The translations under genes and the position numbers were made by a program. 64,000 nt of DNA from Desulfonatronovibrionaceae bacterium (GTDB lineage: Bacteria; Desulfobacterota; Desulfovibrionia; Desulfovibrionales; Desulfonatronovibrionaceae), in assembly GCA_046539845.1 (NCBI GenBank), contig JBKHGE010000005.1:12937-76936 (forward strand), read 5' to 3'. This document shows, one piece after another, positions 54,679-64,000 of this stretch. Position 1 is the first letter of the stretch, and each line of letters begins with the position of its first letter. A model generated the notes under the pieces. It was given only the letters and a program-made list of their open reading frames with translations, had not been told where the DNA came from and ran no database searches.

Positions 54679-55731
54679 CTAAAGCTCGGATGCGCTTCTT
54701 TCCAATTTCAAAGCGACCTCACTTCCAAGCGTGGACAGAGTCTTCAAACAATCCGGACCGCAGACCCCGCTGTCCAAACGCCTGAAGGCCCATTTGGCGA
54801 TATATACTGCCTGTACAGAGCCTTCGGAATTCCCCAGGGCCCGATGCAGTTTCTTCCTGGCCTGCTCACGCCCGGAAATGGCCTCCTTGATCTTCCCCCC
54901 CAGCTCTTGAGTCTGGTTGCCCTCTTTGTCTTTTTGCCAGTAACTGTGGTAAGCGTTGCGGACCTCTTCCTCCGCTTGGATATAAGAGTGCAAAAGCTCT
55001 ATATTCTCCTTTTCAGCACATCCGGCCAGGATCCTGCTTACCTCTTTCACCCGGGTGGACAGACGGACGAGCATATCTGAAATCTGGGAATCCTCGAGCA
55101 CGACCTTGGTCTTTTCACCGTTCGGACCCGGCACTGTTTTAGGGGTGGATCTAGCCACAGTAACCAATTCCCGGACAAAAATCGGAGTGTATTCATCAGC
55201 CAGAAATTGAAGCACTTTCTTCCGGAAAAGATACTTAAAGAGAAAGTTGCGCATGTCCACAACCGAAGAGCCCTCGGCTTGCAGGCCGTACATATTCAGC
55301 CCGTATCTGCTGTTCACCTCGCGGAAAGTGAGCGTAAACTCTGCATCCGTGCCGTTTTGTGTCCCCGGCACATAGTGATCAAAGACAAGCCGGGCCAAAT
55401 CACGGACAAAACCGCGGGTAATAACCTCGTCCTCTGGCTCAGACACTTCTCCCGATTTCCCGGATTCGGAATCGGCCTGTTTTCTTTGCCGGGTACTTTC
55501 CGCCTCAGGGCTTTCCGAATCAGTTTTGTTTTTTGCGGATCCTGAACCGGTTTGATCTTTTTCCTGCAGATCAGAAGAAAAGTTTTGATCCTTTTTCGGG
55601 GAAACAACCTGTTCGCGGACCTCCAGGTCGTTTTCAGCAGCTTTTTGCGGGGCCAAGACCCATTTCCACACAACCCCGACTCCGAGCAGAATAACAGCCA
55701 ACCCGATAAGGACAATATACAATTTCTTCAT
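54679..55731 (-). CDS. hypothetical membrane-anchored protein with disordered acidic/Ser-rich linker
   Basis: N-terminal TM (MKKLYIVLIGLAVILLGVGVVW), about 90 aa of low-complexity sequence, then a 230-aa globular C-terminal region. No motif recognised. Confidence 0.6.
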   Translation of the reverse strand: MKKLYIVLIGLAVILLGVGVVWKWVLAPQKAAENDLEVREQVVSPKKDQNFSSDLQEKDQTGSGSAKNKTDSESPEAESTRQRKQADSESGKSGEVSEPEDEVITRGFVRDLARLVFDHYVPGTQNGTDAEFTLTFREVNSRYGLNMYGLQAEGSSVVDMRNFLFKYLFRKKVLQFLADEYTPIFVRELVTVARSTPKTVPGPNGEKTKVVLEDSQISDMLVRLSTRVKEVSRILAGCAEKENIELLHSYIQAEEEVRNAYHSYWQKDKEGNQTQELGGKIKEAISGREQARKKLHRALGNSEGSVQAVYIAKWAFRRLDSGVCGPDCLKTLSTLGSEVALKLERSASEL

Positions 55732-55851
55732 AACAAGTACCCCGTAGTCTTTACAAATTCAGGCCGGCAACACACTTACCCCGGACCCAAAAAACAGGCA
55801 GAGGAAATAGCAAAAGCCACTAAAGATTTCCCAAGAGCCGACAAAAAGGCC

Positions 55852-56592
55852 TTAAGAATGATCCTTTGCACCTACATCGCCCTCTTCCCTGAGCATCCGG
55901 ACCCGGCCGGAATCCAAAAGATCCCGGACCGCTTCCTTCATCCGGCCCGCCTTCTCTGGGTCCGCCCGGTTCCCGGGGGTGCATTCCGGACACATCCCAT
56001 GCAGAATAAACAGTTCGCTATCTTCGTTTTCCCGGTATATGCCCACCTGCTCCGCTGGCCGGGAACATACGGCGCAGACCTGAATCAAATCCGTGGCCCT
56101 GTCCATGTCCCGAACCACCTTTTCCCGGTTATCACAAAGATAAACGCAAACAGCAAAAATGCCGTGCTGCTCCACGTGAGACTCCAACTCCTTCAGCCGT
56201 CTTTCGTGTTCCCGGAGCTCCTCTGGGCCAGGCTGAAGCTCCGGATATTTTTCAAGCGCTTCTTCCCAACATTCGGGGACTATTAATTCCCAGTAGCCGT
56301 CTTTGGCCCCGCCACCCGGACCTAGTACACCCAGGGAAGCGGCAAGCTCCATTTCCCGCTCAAAACTGCGCTTTACAAATAAAGGCCACATGGGCAGACC
56401 GATCCGCCGGCCCAGGGAAAACAAAAAACCTTCTTTGTCCTCATCTTCCAGGTCATAATATCCAGCCAGACGGGAGGCAGGGTATCCTGTTTTGTGCTCT
56501 AGGGCTATCTTGCCCTGATTATGGAAATAGACCCTCTCCTCCCCGTCTATGGTCACCTTCCATTCCTTGCCGCACCGGTCGCAAACCAGCAT
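55852..56592 (-). CDS. hypothetical cytoplasmic protein with N- and C-terminal CxxC pairs
   Basis: MLVCDRCGKEW at the N-terminus and CAVCSRP...HGMCPEC near the C-terminus, with a central acidic/coiled segment. No family recognised. Confidence 0.6.
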   Translation of the reverse strand: MLVCDRCGKEWKVTIDGEERVYFHNQGKIALEHKTGYPASRLAGYYDLEDEDKEGFLFSLGRRIGLPMWPLFVKRSFEREMELAASLGVLGPGGGAKDGYWELIVPECWEEALEKYPELQPGPEELREHERRLKELESHVEQHGIFAVCVYLCDNREKVVRDMDRATDLIQVCAVCSRPAEQVGIYRENEDSELFILHGMCPECTPGNRADPEKAGRMKEAVRDLLDSGRVRMLREEGDVGAKDHS

Positions 56593-56810
56593 AAAAACTC
56601 CGCAAAAAAACTGTTTTTATTCATTCCATTTCAAAACGGCCTTAAGGCACCGGCCAAAGACGTACTTTGAAAACCCTCATCGACTTGGCCCACAACAGCA
56701 CGACTATCAAATCCCTTTACCAAGTCCGCCCCGATTTGCACCGGAAAAATAAATTATACCCTCTTTTGCCGGCTGTAAATCCTGCAAGGACCGCCGGATA
56801 ACGATCCTGC

Positions 56811-57815
56811 CTATTCCTTTTTCCCGGGGCTGAATATTATATTCCTGCCCTTTACCCGGGCAGTCTTCTCCCCTGGGAACTGCACGCATTTACCCCCCCG
56901 GCCAAAGGCCCATGCCCGGTCCAGGGCAAGTATGTTTTCAAAGAGTACCTGCCCCGGCCCAAGCTCTTCCAAAGCCATCTTGTACGCCCTGCAACGCAGG
57001 GCGGGGTGCAAAGAATTCAGGTCCTCGCCCCTGAGGATGACCTCCCCGGACTCATCCCTCCGAGGCAACCGGGCCAGCCGGTTTTGAAAAAAGTCCCGAT
57101 CCATATTTCCCTGCCGCCACAGAGATACGACCTGATCCAAAAACCCCGGGTTTTCCTTAAAAAACAAGGGTAATATATCCCGGCGGACGCGATTGCGCAT
57201 ATAAGAACGGTCTTGATTCGAGGCGTCCTCCATCCACCCTTGCCCAAGCTCTTCAAGCAGGGCGCGCAAGCTGGCCCCGGGCGTCAACAAAAGAGGCCGG
57301 ACCACCTTGCCGTTTATCCCCGGCATCCCGGCCAATCCCGGCCAGCCGGCGCCGCGGACTTGGCGCATCAGCATATCCTCGGCCAGATCGTTCAAATGAT
57401 GACCAACAAAGATATAGTCGCAGTCCTGCCTGTCCGCGAGCCCGTGCAAAAATCTATACCTTATAACCCGTCCGGCCTGCTCCCGTCCCATCTGCATCCG
57501 GCGGGCGTATATATCCACTCTGCTTTCTCCCAAGCTGCAGTCTACTCCGGTTTCCCGGCACAGTCGGGAGACAAACCGGGCCTCCTGGTCCGCCTCCGGT
57601 CGCAGCATATGATGCAGATGGGCTGCACGCATATAAAACCCGGCTTTACGCTGAAGGAGACAGAATATACACAGCAAGGCCGTGGAGTCAGCCCCGCCAG
57701 ACAGGGCGAAAAGTATTCTGCGGCCGTGCAAGTCCAGCCCCAGTTCGCGGCGAACAAACCCCTCCACTCTCAGGCACAACCTGGCCCACTGAGGGCGGAT
57801 CTGCTGGATGTCCAT
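56811..57815 (-). CDS. tilS: tRNA(Ile)-lysidine synthase
   Basis: PP-loop ILFALSGGADSTAL, HLHHMLR, GHHLNDLAE. ATG 57815 is preferred because the upstream gene stops at 57821. Confidence 0.85.
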   Translation of the reverse strand: MDIQQIRPQWARLCLRVEGFVRRELGLDLHGRRILFALSGGADSTALLCIFCLLQRKAGFYMRAAHLHHMLRPEADQEARFVSRLCRETGVDCSLGESRVDIYARRMQMGREQAGRVIRYRFLHGLADRQDCDYIFVGHHLNDLAEDMLMRQVRGAGWPGLAGMPGINGKVVRPLLLTPGASLRALLEELGQGWMEDASNQDRSYMRNRVRRDILPLFFKENPGFLDQVVSLWRQGNMDRDFFQNRLARLPRRDESGEVILRGEDLNSLHPALRCRAYKMALEELGPGQVLFENILALDRAWAFGRGGKCVQFPGEKTARVKGRNIIFSPGKKE

Positions 57816-57820
57816 TGCTC

Positions 57821-59488
57821 CTACCTTTGCAGAAAATGTTTCTGTCTTGCCTTTGGCACCCACCAACGGGACAAATTATAGGTAATCCCGGCCGGGGCCG
57901 GCTCGATCCCTTTGAACCTGGAGTCCACCGCCGGCAGGGCCTTGGGCACGTATAAAAAGCAGTACGGCTGGTCCCGATGCAGGATCTCTTGCACCCGGTC
58001 GTAGATTTTTTTTCGCTCCCGACGGTTAAGTGTCTTGCGACCCCGGACCAAAAGAGAGTCCAGCTCCGGATTGCTGTAGCCGACAAAATTCAACCCCCGG
58101 CCCTCTATCTTGGATGAATGCCAGACATCAAAAAGATCCGGGTCCTGCACGATGTTCCAGCCCAAAAGCAGGGCCTCAAAACGTCTTTTGTCCACGAATT
58201 CCTTGATAAACGTGGCCCATTCCACAGTCCTTATCTCCATTTTTATGCCTATCTGCTGCAGACGGTACTGGATAATAGTCGCGGCTTTTATGCGTAGATC
58301 ATTGCCCTGACTGGTAAGCAGGGTAAAGGAAAATGGCCGGCCGTTTTTATCCAGGATCCCGTCTTGATCCCTGTCCTCCCATCCGCATTCCTCCAGAAGC
58401 TCACTGGCCTTTTGCGGATCGTATCCGTAGTCCTGGATATCCTCGTTGTATACCCAGGTCCCGGGCTTGTACGGGCCTATAGTGCTTACCCCCTGCCCCA
58501 GAAGCACCCCCTTGACTATCTCCTCCTTGTCAATAGCCAGGGCCAGAGCCCTGCGCACCCGACGATCCGAGAACAGGGGATGATCCAGGTTATAGCCCAT
58601 ATAGGTATAACTAGAGGACAAATACTTGTATTTATTAAAATTATCCTCCCAGAACTCGCCTGAGGTCTGAAACAGATACTGCTGGGGGGAGAGAGTCATC
58701 ATATCCAGATTGCGGGCCTTAAGCTCCATAAACATAGTTGCCGGATCCGGGATGATGCGATAGATCACCCCATCCAAATTCGGACGACCCAGAAAATAAT
58801 CCGGATTGGCCTCTAAAATAAGTCTGCGCCCGGCCTCCCATTCCTTCAGCCGGAACGGCCCCGCACCCATGGGTTTACGGCTGTATTCGGTCTGCATCAG
58901 GTCTTGGTCGCGGAGCCGGTGCCGGGGCAGAATAGCGTGGGCCCAGGTGACCAGAGAACGAGCAAAGGGCTCTTCATATATGACCTCAAAAGTATACTCG
59001 TCCAGGAGCCTGAAGTCCTCTATCCTCTTATAATCCTCGGCATACGCGGTCGGGGTGTCTGGATCTGTCATAAGCTCATAGGTAAAGCGGACATCTTTGG
59101 CGGTGAGCGGCTCACCATCGAACCACTTGATATCCTCCCGGAGCTTAAACCTGAGCCTAGTGCCGTTGTCTTTGACCGTATACTTTTCTGCCGCCCAGGG
59201 CTCGAGCTCCAGGTCCTTATTGTACCGTAGAGGGGCCACAAAAATAAGGTCCGCCACCTCATGCGATGCACTGTCCGAGGCCAGGGGAGGGATCAAATTG
59301 CTGGGCTCTCCACTAAGCCCCAGAACCGCCACTCCGCCCCGGACCGGATCTTGATCATGTACCGGCCCGGATGCATGTTGTTCTTTTCGAACCCGGGACC
59401 GTCCTTCCTGTACCGGCTCATCATCGCAGGCAAAGAAAAAAACAAAAAAGGGCAAAAGATAAATCAAAAATCTCTTGTAGAAAATCAT
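57821..59488 (-). CDS. ABC transporter substrate-binding lipoprotein, family 5 (peptide/nickel type)
   Basis: Signal/lipobox FVFFFAC. SBP_bac_5-like length and motifs (KWFDGEPLTAKDV, NPDYF, GWN). No permease or ATPase genes are adjacent. Confidence 0.8.
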   Translation of the reverse strand: MIFYKRFLIYLLPFFVFFFACDDEPVQEGRSRVRKEQHASGPVHDQDPVRGGVAVLGLSGEPSNLIPPLASDSASHEVADLIFVAPLRYNKDLELEPWAAEKYTVKDNGTRLRFKLREDIKWFDGEPLTAKDVRFTYELMTDPDTPTAYAEDYKRIEDFRLLDEYTFEVIYEEPFARSLVTWAHAILPRHRLRDQDLMQTEYSRKPMGAGPFRLKEWEAGRRLILEANPDYFLGRPNLDGVIYRIIPDPATMFMELKARNLDMMTLSPQQYLFQTSGEFWEDNFNKYKYLSSSYTYMGYNLDHPLFSDRRVRRALALAIDKEEIVKGVLLGQGVSTIGPYKPGTWVYNEDIQDYGYDPQKASELLEECGWEDRDQDGILDKNGRPFSFTLLTSQGNDLRIKAATIIQYRLQQIGIKMEIRTVEWATFIKEFVDKRRFEALLLGWNIVQDPDLFDVWHSSKIEGRGLNFVGYSNPELDSLLVRGRKTLNRRERKKIYDRVQEILHRDQPYCFLYVPKALPAVDSRFKGIEPAPAGITYNLSRWWVPKARQKHFLQR

Positions 59489-59859
59489 GTATTGTGGTCA
59501 GTATGGTTTTTGGGTTTCCCGATTCATGGTCGGGGACATTTGCGGTCGCATAATCCGGCCCACAGTGCCGCTTGAACCAGACTCAAAGGCCACATTCCGG
59601 ACCGGACCTGGAGCGGGGGGCGAATCGCAGGGCCTCTTATACCTGTAGCCATTTATACTCCAAATCCCGGCGACTGTGAAGGTGGCTTAAGCCGTATTTT
59701 TCTAATTATATTCAACTCCTGCACTTTCCTGAGGACTTTTTTCTTCCCCGGGCTTGCAAACAGATAAAACTTTGATTAAATAGTTCTGTTATTTCTCGCA
59801 TTACCCGACAGGGAAATGCGGGAAAAATCTTTTTTGGTTTCCAACGAGGTCTTTTTTCA

Positions 59860-62800
59860 ATGCTCAGCAACGAAGACATAAAAATAAAAGAAATTCTGGA
59901 AAATTTTGTCCAGGAAAACATCCCGGAATACATCCGGGAGGGCGCGGACAGTATACTGGCCAACGAGGGAGTTCAAAAGCTCAACCTCAAGCAGCACGAC
60001 CAGTATCTGGATATAGAGGCCCATATCCAGGGCGATGATTTTCAGGTCTACAACTCGGAAATTGGTTTGAACCTAAATAACCAAAGCACCAATTTCTACT
60101 GCAACTGCCCGGAATCCTTCTCCGGTATCTGTCGCCACGTGGGAGCGGCCGTTCTCAAGTTTTTGAGTTCCTTTGACGATAAAAACCAAAACGGACGGCC
60201 CAAGCCCCGCACCGACTGGAGGCAGGACTTTCGCCCCTTCTTTGCCACCGAGCTGGAGCCGGAGCCGGGGCAACACTATCTGGTTTACCGCTTCTTTCCG
60301 GAACCGGAACGTCTCCAGGTAGAGCTTTATCGGGCCAGACAAAACAAATCCGGACTATCCACGGTACTGAATCCGATCACCCTGGAACAGATCATGCGTA
60401 ATCCCAATTGGTGCGAGATGGCCCCGCAGCTGCCTGAGCTGGCCGAACAGATAGGGCAATACCTGGATTACTACGGCCACCGCATCGAGATCCCTTACGG
60501 GCTCATGAACTGGTTTTTCTGGACCATTCGCAACGAATACTACCTATTCTGGGAGGAGACCGAGCAACCGGTCCGGGTGGAGACCACACCCATGCGCCTG
60601 CAGCTCAAGCCAAAGCTCTCAGAGGACGGGCTGAGCTTTGAGATCATGCTCGGCCGGGAAGGAAAACTGCCGTTTTCCATTTCCGGGGAAGAGGTCTACT
60701 TCTACGGTCAGCTCCCGCTGTGGGTCTGCTGGAAACACAGATTCTACCCGGTACAAACCGGACTGCAGCCCAAACTGGTTCAGAGCCTGGCCAGCGATCC
60801 CCCGATCATCCCGCACAGCGAGATATCCGAGTTCCTGGACCGGGTCTGGACCAAAATCCATGCTTCGGATCTTTTCGGGCAAGAAGAATTTTTGGAAAGG
60901 ATGTCCCCCATCTTTGTCCAGGCCAGCTATAACCCCAAACTGTATCTGGACGAAGAGGGCAGCCTGCTCACCCTGCAGATCCAGAACATCTATGACACCG
61001 AGCACGGGGAGATAACCCTGGACGGACCGGATCCGGACCTACAGACCGGCAGCTATCAGTTCGAGGGCAGCTCATATCTTATCCGCCGCGATCAGGACGC
61101 AGAGGCGGAACTGATAAACAAGCTCACCCAGATGGAATTCCAGGCCCGAAACAACGCCCTGTGGTTTCTGGAACCGGAAGAGGCAATCACTTTCCTCTTG
61201 GATTCCTATCCGATTCTGGTAAAGGACTACCGCGTCTTCGGCGAACAGAACTTAAGCCGGTATAAAGTCCGCCTCTCGCCTCCGACTGTGGTGGCCAAGG
61301 TGGAAAGCGATGAGGATGATAAGTGGTTCGACCTGGAACTCAACGTGGAATACGATGATGTCCAGGTCCCGATCGACAAGATCTGGAAGGCCTGGACCGA
61401 GGGCAAACGGTATGTCCAGCTCAAAGACGGTTCATACACCAGCCTCCCGGAGAGCTGGCTCAAGAAACTGGGGCACAAGCTGCAGGCCATGGGTCTGGAT
61501 CCGGACAAGCCGCCCAAGACCAAATTCCAGAACCACGAGGTCCCGGTCCTGGACAATATCCTGGAAGACGTGGAGGACGTCCAGGCCGATTCTTTCTGGA
61601 ACGAACTGCGGGAGAAGCTGCATTCCTTTGAGGAAATAAAGCAAATAGACCCGCCCCAAAATCTGCATGCTGAATTGCGTCCCTACCAGTTGCAGGGACT
61701 CAGCTATCTAAATTTCCTGCGTGAGTACCACTTCGGAGGCATCCTGGCCGATGAAATGGGGCTGGGCAAAACCATCCAAACTCTGGCCTTTTTGCAGTAT
61801 ATGCTGGAGCACAAGCGGCCCGGGCCCAATTTGATAGTCGTCCCCACTTCGGTTCTGCCCAACTGGGAACGGGAAGCAGCCAAATTCGTACCGGACATGA
61901 AAAGGCTGGTCATTTACGGGACCAAGCGCGAGGAGATGTTCAAAGAAATAAAGGATTCGAACCTGGTAATAACCACCTATGCCCTCCTGCGCCGCGACCT
62001 GGAGGAGCTTCTCAAGCACGACTACAACACCATAATCCTGGACGAAGCCCAAAACATAAAGAATCCAAACACAATCACCGCCAGGTCGGTGCGCAGACTG
62101 AAAGGGGATTTCAAGCTGTGCCTGTCCGGAACGCCCATTGAAAACAATCTCCTGGAACTTTGGTCCCTTTTTGAGTTTCTTATGCCCGGCTTTCTTGGCT
62201 CCCAGCACGCCTTCCAAAAGGGATTCGTCAAACCCATTAAGGACGGGGATGAAGAAAGTCTGGAATACCTGCGCAATCGGGTGAAGCCGTTTATCATGCG
62301 CCGGACCAAATCCAAGGTGGCCAAGGACCTGCCCCCCAAAATGGAGCACGTATACTACAGCGCCCTTATGGACGATCAAATGGAGCTTTACTCCGGGCTG
62401 GCCAAAAAACTCAAGGAACAGGTCTTACAGAGGGTGGATGAAAAAGGGATCGCCGGTAGCCAGATGTCCATTCTGGACGCCCTACTCAAGCTGCGTCAAA
62501 TCTGCTGCCATCCGCGGCTGCTCAAACTGGAGATGCCCGGAATGAGCACGAATCTGTCCTCGGGCAAATTCGAGGCCTTCAAAGATCTGACCACCAACAT
62601 TATCGAGGACGGGCATAAGGTCCTGGTCTTCTCCCAATTCGTGCAGATGCTGCACATCATAAGGTCCTGGCTGAACATGCACAAAATACCCTTCTCCTAT
62701 CTGGACGGGGCGAGCAAGGACCGCTTCGAGGAGGTGGACAAATTCAACAATGATCCGCAGACCCCGATCTTCCTTATCTCTCTTAAGGCCGGGGGAACCG

Positions 62801-63066
62801 GGCTGAACCTGACCGCGGCCGACTACGTCATCCACTACGATCCGTGGTGGAATCCGGCTGTCGAGGACCAGGCCACAGACAGGACCCACCGCATCGGGCA
62901 GACCAAAAAGGTCTTTTCCTACAAAATGATCTGCGAAAACACTGTGGAGGAAAAGATACTCAAGCTCCAGGAGCAGAAAAAAGGCGTCGCCGAGGCCATC
63001 ATTCCCGGGCAAAACGCCTGGAAGAACCTCACCCGGGACGATCTGGAGATGCTCTTTGAGGTATAA
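59860..63066 (+). CDS. SWIM zinc-finger / SNF2-family ATPase (helicase-like)
   Basis: SWIM CNCPESFSGICRHVGA (CxCx(n)CxH), SNF2_N motifs ILADEMGLGKTIQ and DEAQNIKN, helicase C motifs (VLVFSQF, GGTGLNLTAADYVIHYDPWWNPAVEDQATDRTHRIGQ). Confidence 0.9.
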   Translation: MLSNEDIKIKEILENFVQENIPEYIREGADSILANEGVQKLNLKQHDQYLDIEAHIQGDDFQVYNSEIGLNLNNQSTNFYCNCPESFSGICRHVGAAVLKFLSSFDDKNQNGRPKPRTDWRQDFRPFFATELEPEPGQHYLVYRFFPEPERLQVELYRARQNKSGLSTVLNPITLEQIMRNPNWCEMAPQLPELAEQIGQYLDYYGHRIEIPYGLMNWFFWTIRNEYYLFWEETEQPVRVETTPMRLQLKPKLSEDGLSFEIMLGREGKLPFSISGEEVYFYGQLPLWVCWKHRFYPVQTGLQPKLVQSLASDPPIIPHSEISEFLDRVWTKIHASDLFGQEEFLERMSPIFVQASYNPKLYLDEEGSLLTLQIQNIYDTEHGEITLDGPDPDLQTGSYQFEGSSYLIRRDQDAEAELINKLTQMEFQARNNALWFLEPEEAITFLLDSYPILVKDYRVFGEQNLSRYKVRLSPPTVVAKVESDEDDKWFDLELNVEYDDVQVPIDKIWKAWTEGKRYVQLKDGSYTSLPESWLKKLGHKLQAMGLDPDKPPKTKFQNHEVPVLDNILEDVEDVQADSFWNELREKLHSFEEIKQIDPPQNLHAELRPYQLQGLSYLNFLREYHFGGILADEMGLGKTIQTLAFLQYMLEHKRPGPNLIVVPTSVLPNWEREAAKFVPDMKRLVIYGTKREEMFKEIKDSNLVITTYALLRRDLEELLKHDYNTIILDEAQNIKNPNTITARSVRRLKGDFKLCLSGTPIENNLLELWSLFEFLMPGFLGSQHAFQKGFVKPIKDGDEESLEYLRNRVKPFIMRRTKSKVAKDLPPKMEHVYYSALMDDQMELYSGLAKKLKEQVLQRVDEKGIAGSQMSILDALLKLRQICCHPRLLKLEMPGMSTNLSSGKFEAFKDLTTNIIEDGHKVLVFSQFVQMLHIIRSWLNMHKIPFSYLDGASKDRFEEVDKFNNDPQTPIFLISLKAGGTGLNLTAADYVIHYDPWWNPAVEDQATDRTHRIGQTKKVFSYKMICENTVEEKILKLQEQKKGVAEAIIPGQNAWKNLTRDDLEMLFEV

Positions 63067-63285
63067 CCCGGGCACTCTGAATATCTGAATGCCGGAAAAA
63101 CTCGCCCGGGGCACGGAGCGCGCAGAAAATTAATATCTGTACCTGCTCCGTACCGGAGGAATCAAAACGGTTCTCGCCCTTGCGGGGGAGCCGAAATTTC
63201 ATGGCCCACCAGCTCGGGGGAAATGGACTCTGCCTCTCAGCGCCTTGCTTGGTGGCTCCAGTCCAAATCCTGGCCCCTCTGGATC

Positions 63286-63762
63286 CTAAAAGGGGGAGTC
63301 ATCCATCCCGCTGGCCTCAGAAGGGAACGCAGGTCCCATGTCCTCCCCCCCCTCGTCCTGTCCGGATTCGGGATATCTGTTGCGCTCCTCGTCAGGCGGG
63401 GCGGAGACATAACCTTCGTCCTGCTGCCTCCGGGAATCCAATCCTTGAACACGCATGGCCACCACTTCGGTGGTATAGCGGTCCTGTCCGTCCCGGTCCT
63501 GCCATTTGCGGGTCTGCAACTTTCCTTCCACCAGGACCAAGCTGCCTTTTTTCAGATAATTAGCGCAGAACTCAGCCGCTTTGTTAAATACCACCACACG
63601 ATGCCATTCGGTTTTGTCCTGACGGGTCCCGCTACGATCCGTATATGATTCGTCCGTGGCCATGTTGAAATTGCACACCGGAATACCGCTGTTGGTGTAC
63701 GCCTGTTTGGGATCGTGCCCCAGTCGGCCGACCAAAAGGACCCTGTTCAAACTTCCAGCCAT
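63286..63762 (-). CDS. ssb: single-stranded DNA-binding protein
   Basis: LNRVLLVGRLGHDP...TEWHRVVVF OB fold, G/Q/D-rich linker, acidic tip MDDSPF. Confidence 0.93.
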   Translation of the reverse strand: MAGSLNRVLLVGRLGHDPKQAYTNSGIPVCNFNMATDESYTDRSGTRQDKTEWHRVVVFNKAAEFCANYLKKGSLVLVEGKLQTRKWQDRDGQDRYTTEVVAMRVQGLDSRRQQDEGYVSAPPDEERNRYPESGQDEGGEDMGPAFPSEASGMDDSPF

Positions 63763-63851
63763 ACTGCCTCCTTAAATAGGTTTGTCCAAAAACTTTGCGC
63801 TCATTTGACGTCTGTTGACGCCAAATCCGGCCGCCCAAAAAAATAAAAACG

Positions 63852-64000
63852 CCTACAAAAGAGGACTTATTCTCCCCTCCAGAGAGTCCAAAGTATCTTC
63901 CAGGGCGTAGGTCACCTGGTCCGCTTCCCTGGGTCTACGGTCAGCCAGAAAGGTATCCAGCTTAAGAAGTCCGGACTTGAGCTCTTCCACTGGAGAGGAC
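63852..64000 (-). CDS. C-terminal fragment of an unidentified ORF running off the window
   Basis: My own reverse translation is ...PVEELKSGLLKLDTFLADRRPREADQVTYALEDTLDSLEGRISPLL-TAG. It is open to position 64000. No family recognised. Confidence 0.3.

Noticed and set aside
59489-59859. 370-nt divergent region upstream of the SNF2 gene, checked as a possible ncRNA or sigma-54 promoter.
   Set aside because: It has only a short hairpin (CGCATT-N12-AATGCG) and no convincing promoter consensus. There is not enough evidence to call anything.

Overview
64-kb chromosomal segment. By eye it has moderately high GC, and its gene content resembles an anaerobic Desulfobacterota (deltaproteobacterium-like) genome: a POR-type 2-oxoacid:ferredoxin oxidoreductase, ThyX, many Fe-S proteins and abundant PilZ/HD-GYP/HDOD signalling. 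That taxonomic placement is inference only. I can support about 60 protein-coding genes, 2 tRNAs (Pro-CGG, Arg-TCT) and a handful of hairpin terminators. I found no rRNA, CRISPR array, IS element or prophage. Housekeeping blocks are galE; ileS-lspA-lgt-(PLDc_N)-cpoB-like; cpoB-like-dprA-...-xerC; rlmE-yebC-ruvCAB-thyX; cbpA-cbpM-clpB; dnaA; ugd; porDAB-like; tilS; ssb. Six parts deserve a second look. (1) A nine-gene chemosensory operon (37.3-48.1 kb, minus strand) has c-di-GMP modules built in: an REC-HD-GYP gene at its head and a single-domain PilZ abutting cheR. It also carries a ParC/ParP-like positioning pair, a 668-aa HEAT-repeat protein and a CheA with two canonical plus one degenerate Hpt domains. 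(2) A YedE/TusA-like/DUF3343/YjeF_C-like kinase cluster, probably for sulfur or selenium trafficking, sits behind a long structured leader. (3) A PilZ gene is translationally coupled to a sensor-less histidine kinase. (4) A small-protein/HDOD/REC-GGDDF module sits between dprA and xerC. (5) An intrinsic terminator lies about 40 nt upstream of ugd in a 390-nt gene-free leader. (6) Three coding oddities: ruvC needs a non-canonical start codon; a zinc-ribbon ORF is interrupted by an in-frame TGA; and the POR-like cluster lacks a gamma subunit. All functional calls come from motif recognition by eye on the supplied translations. No database search was run.
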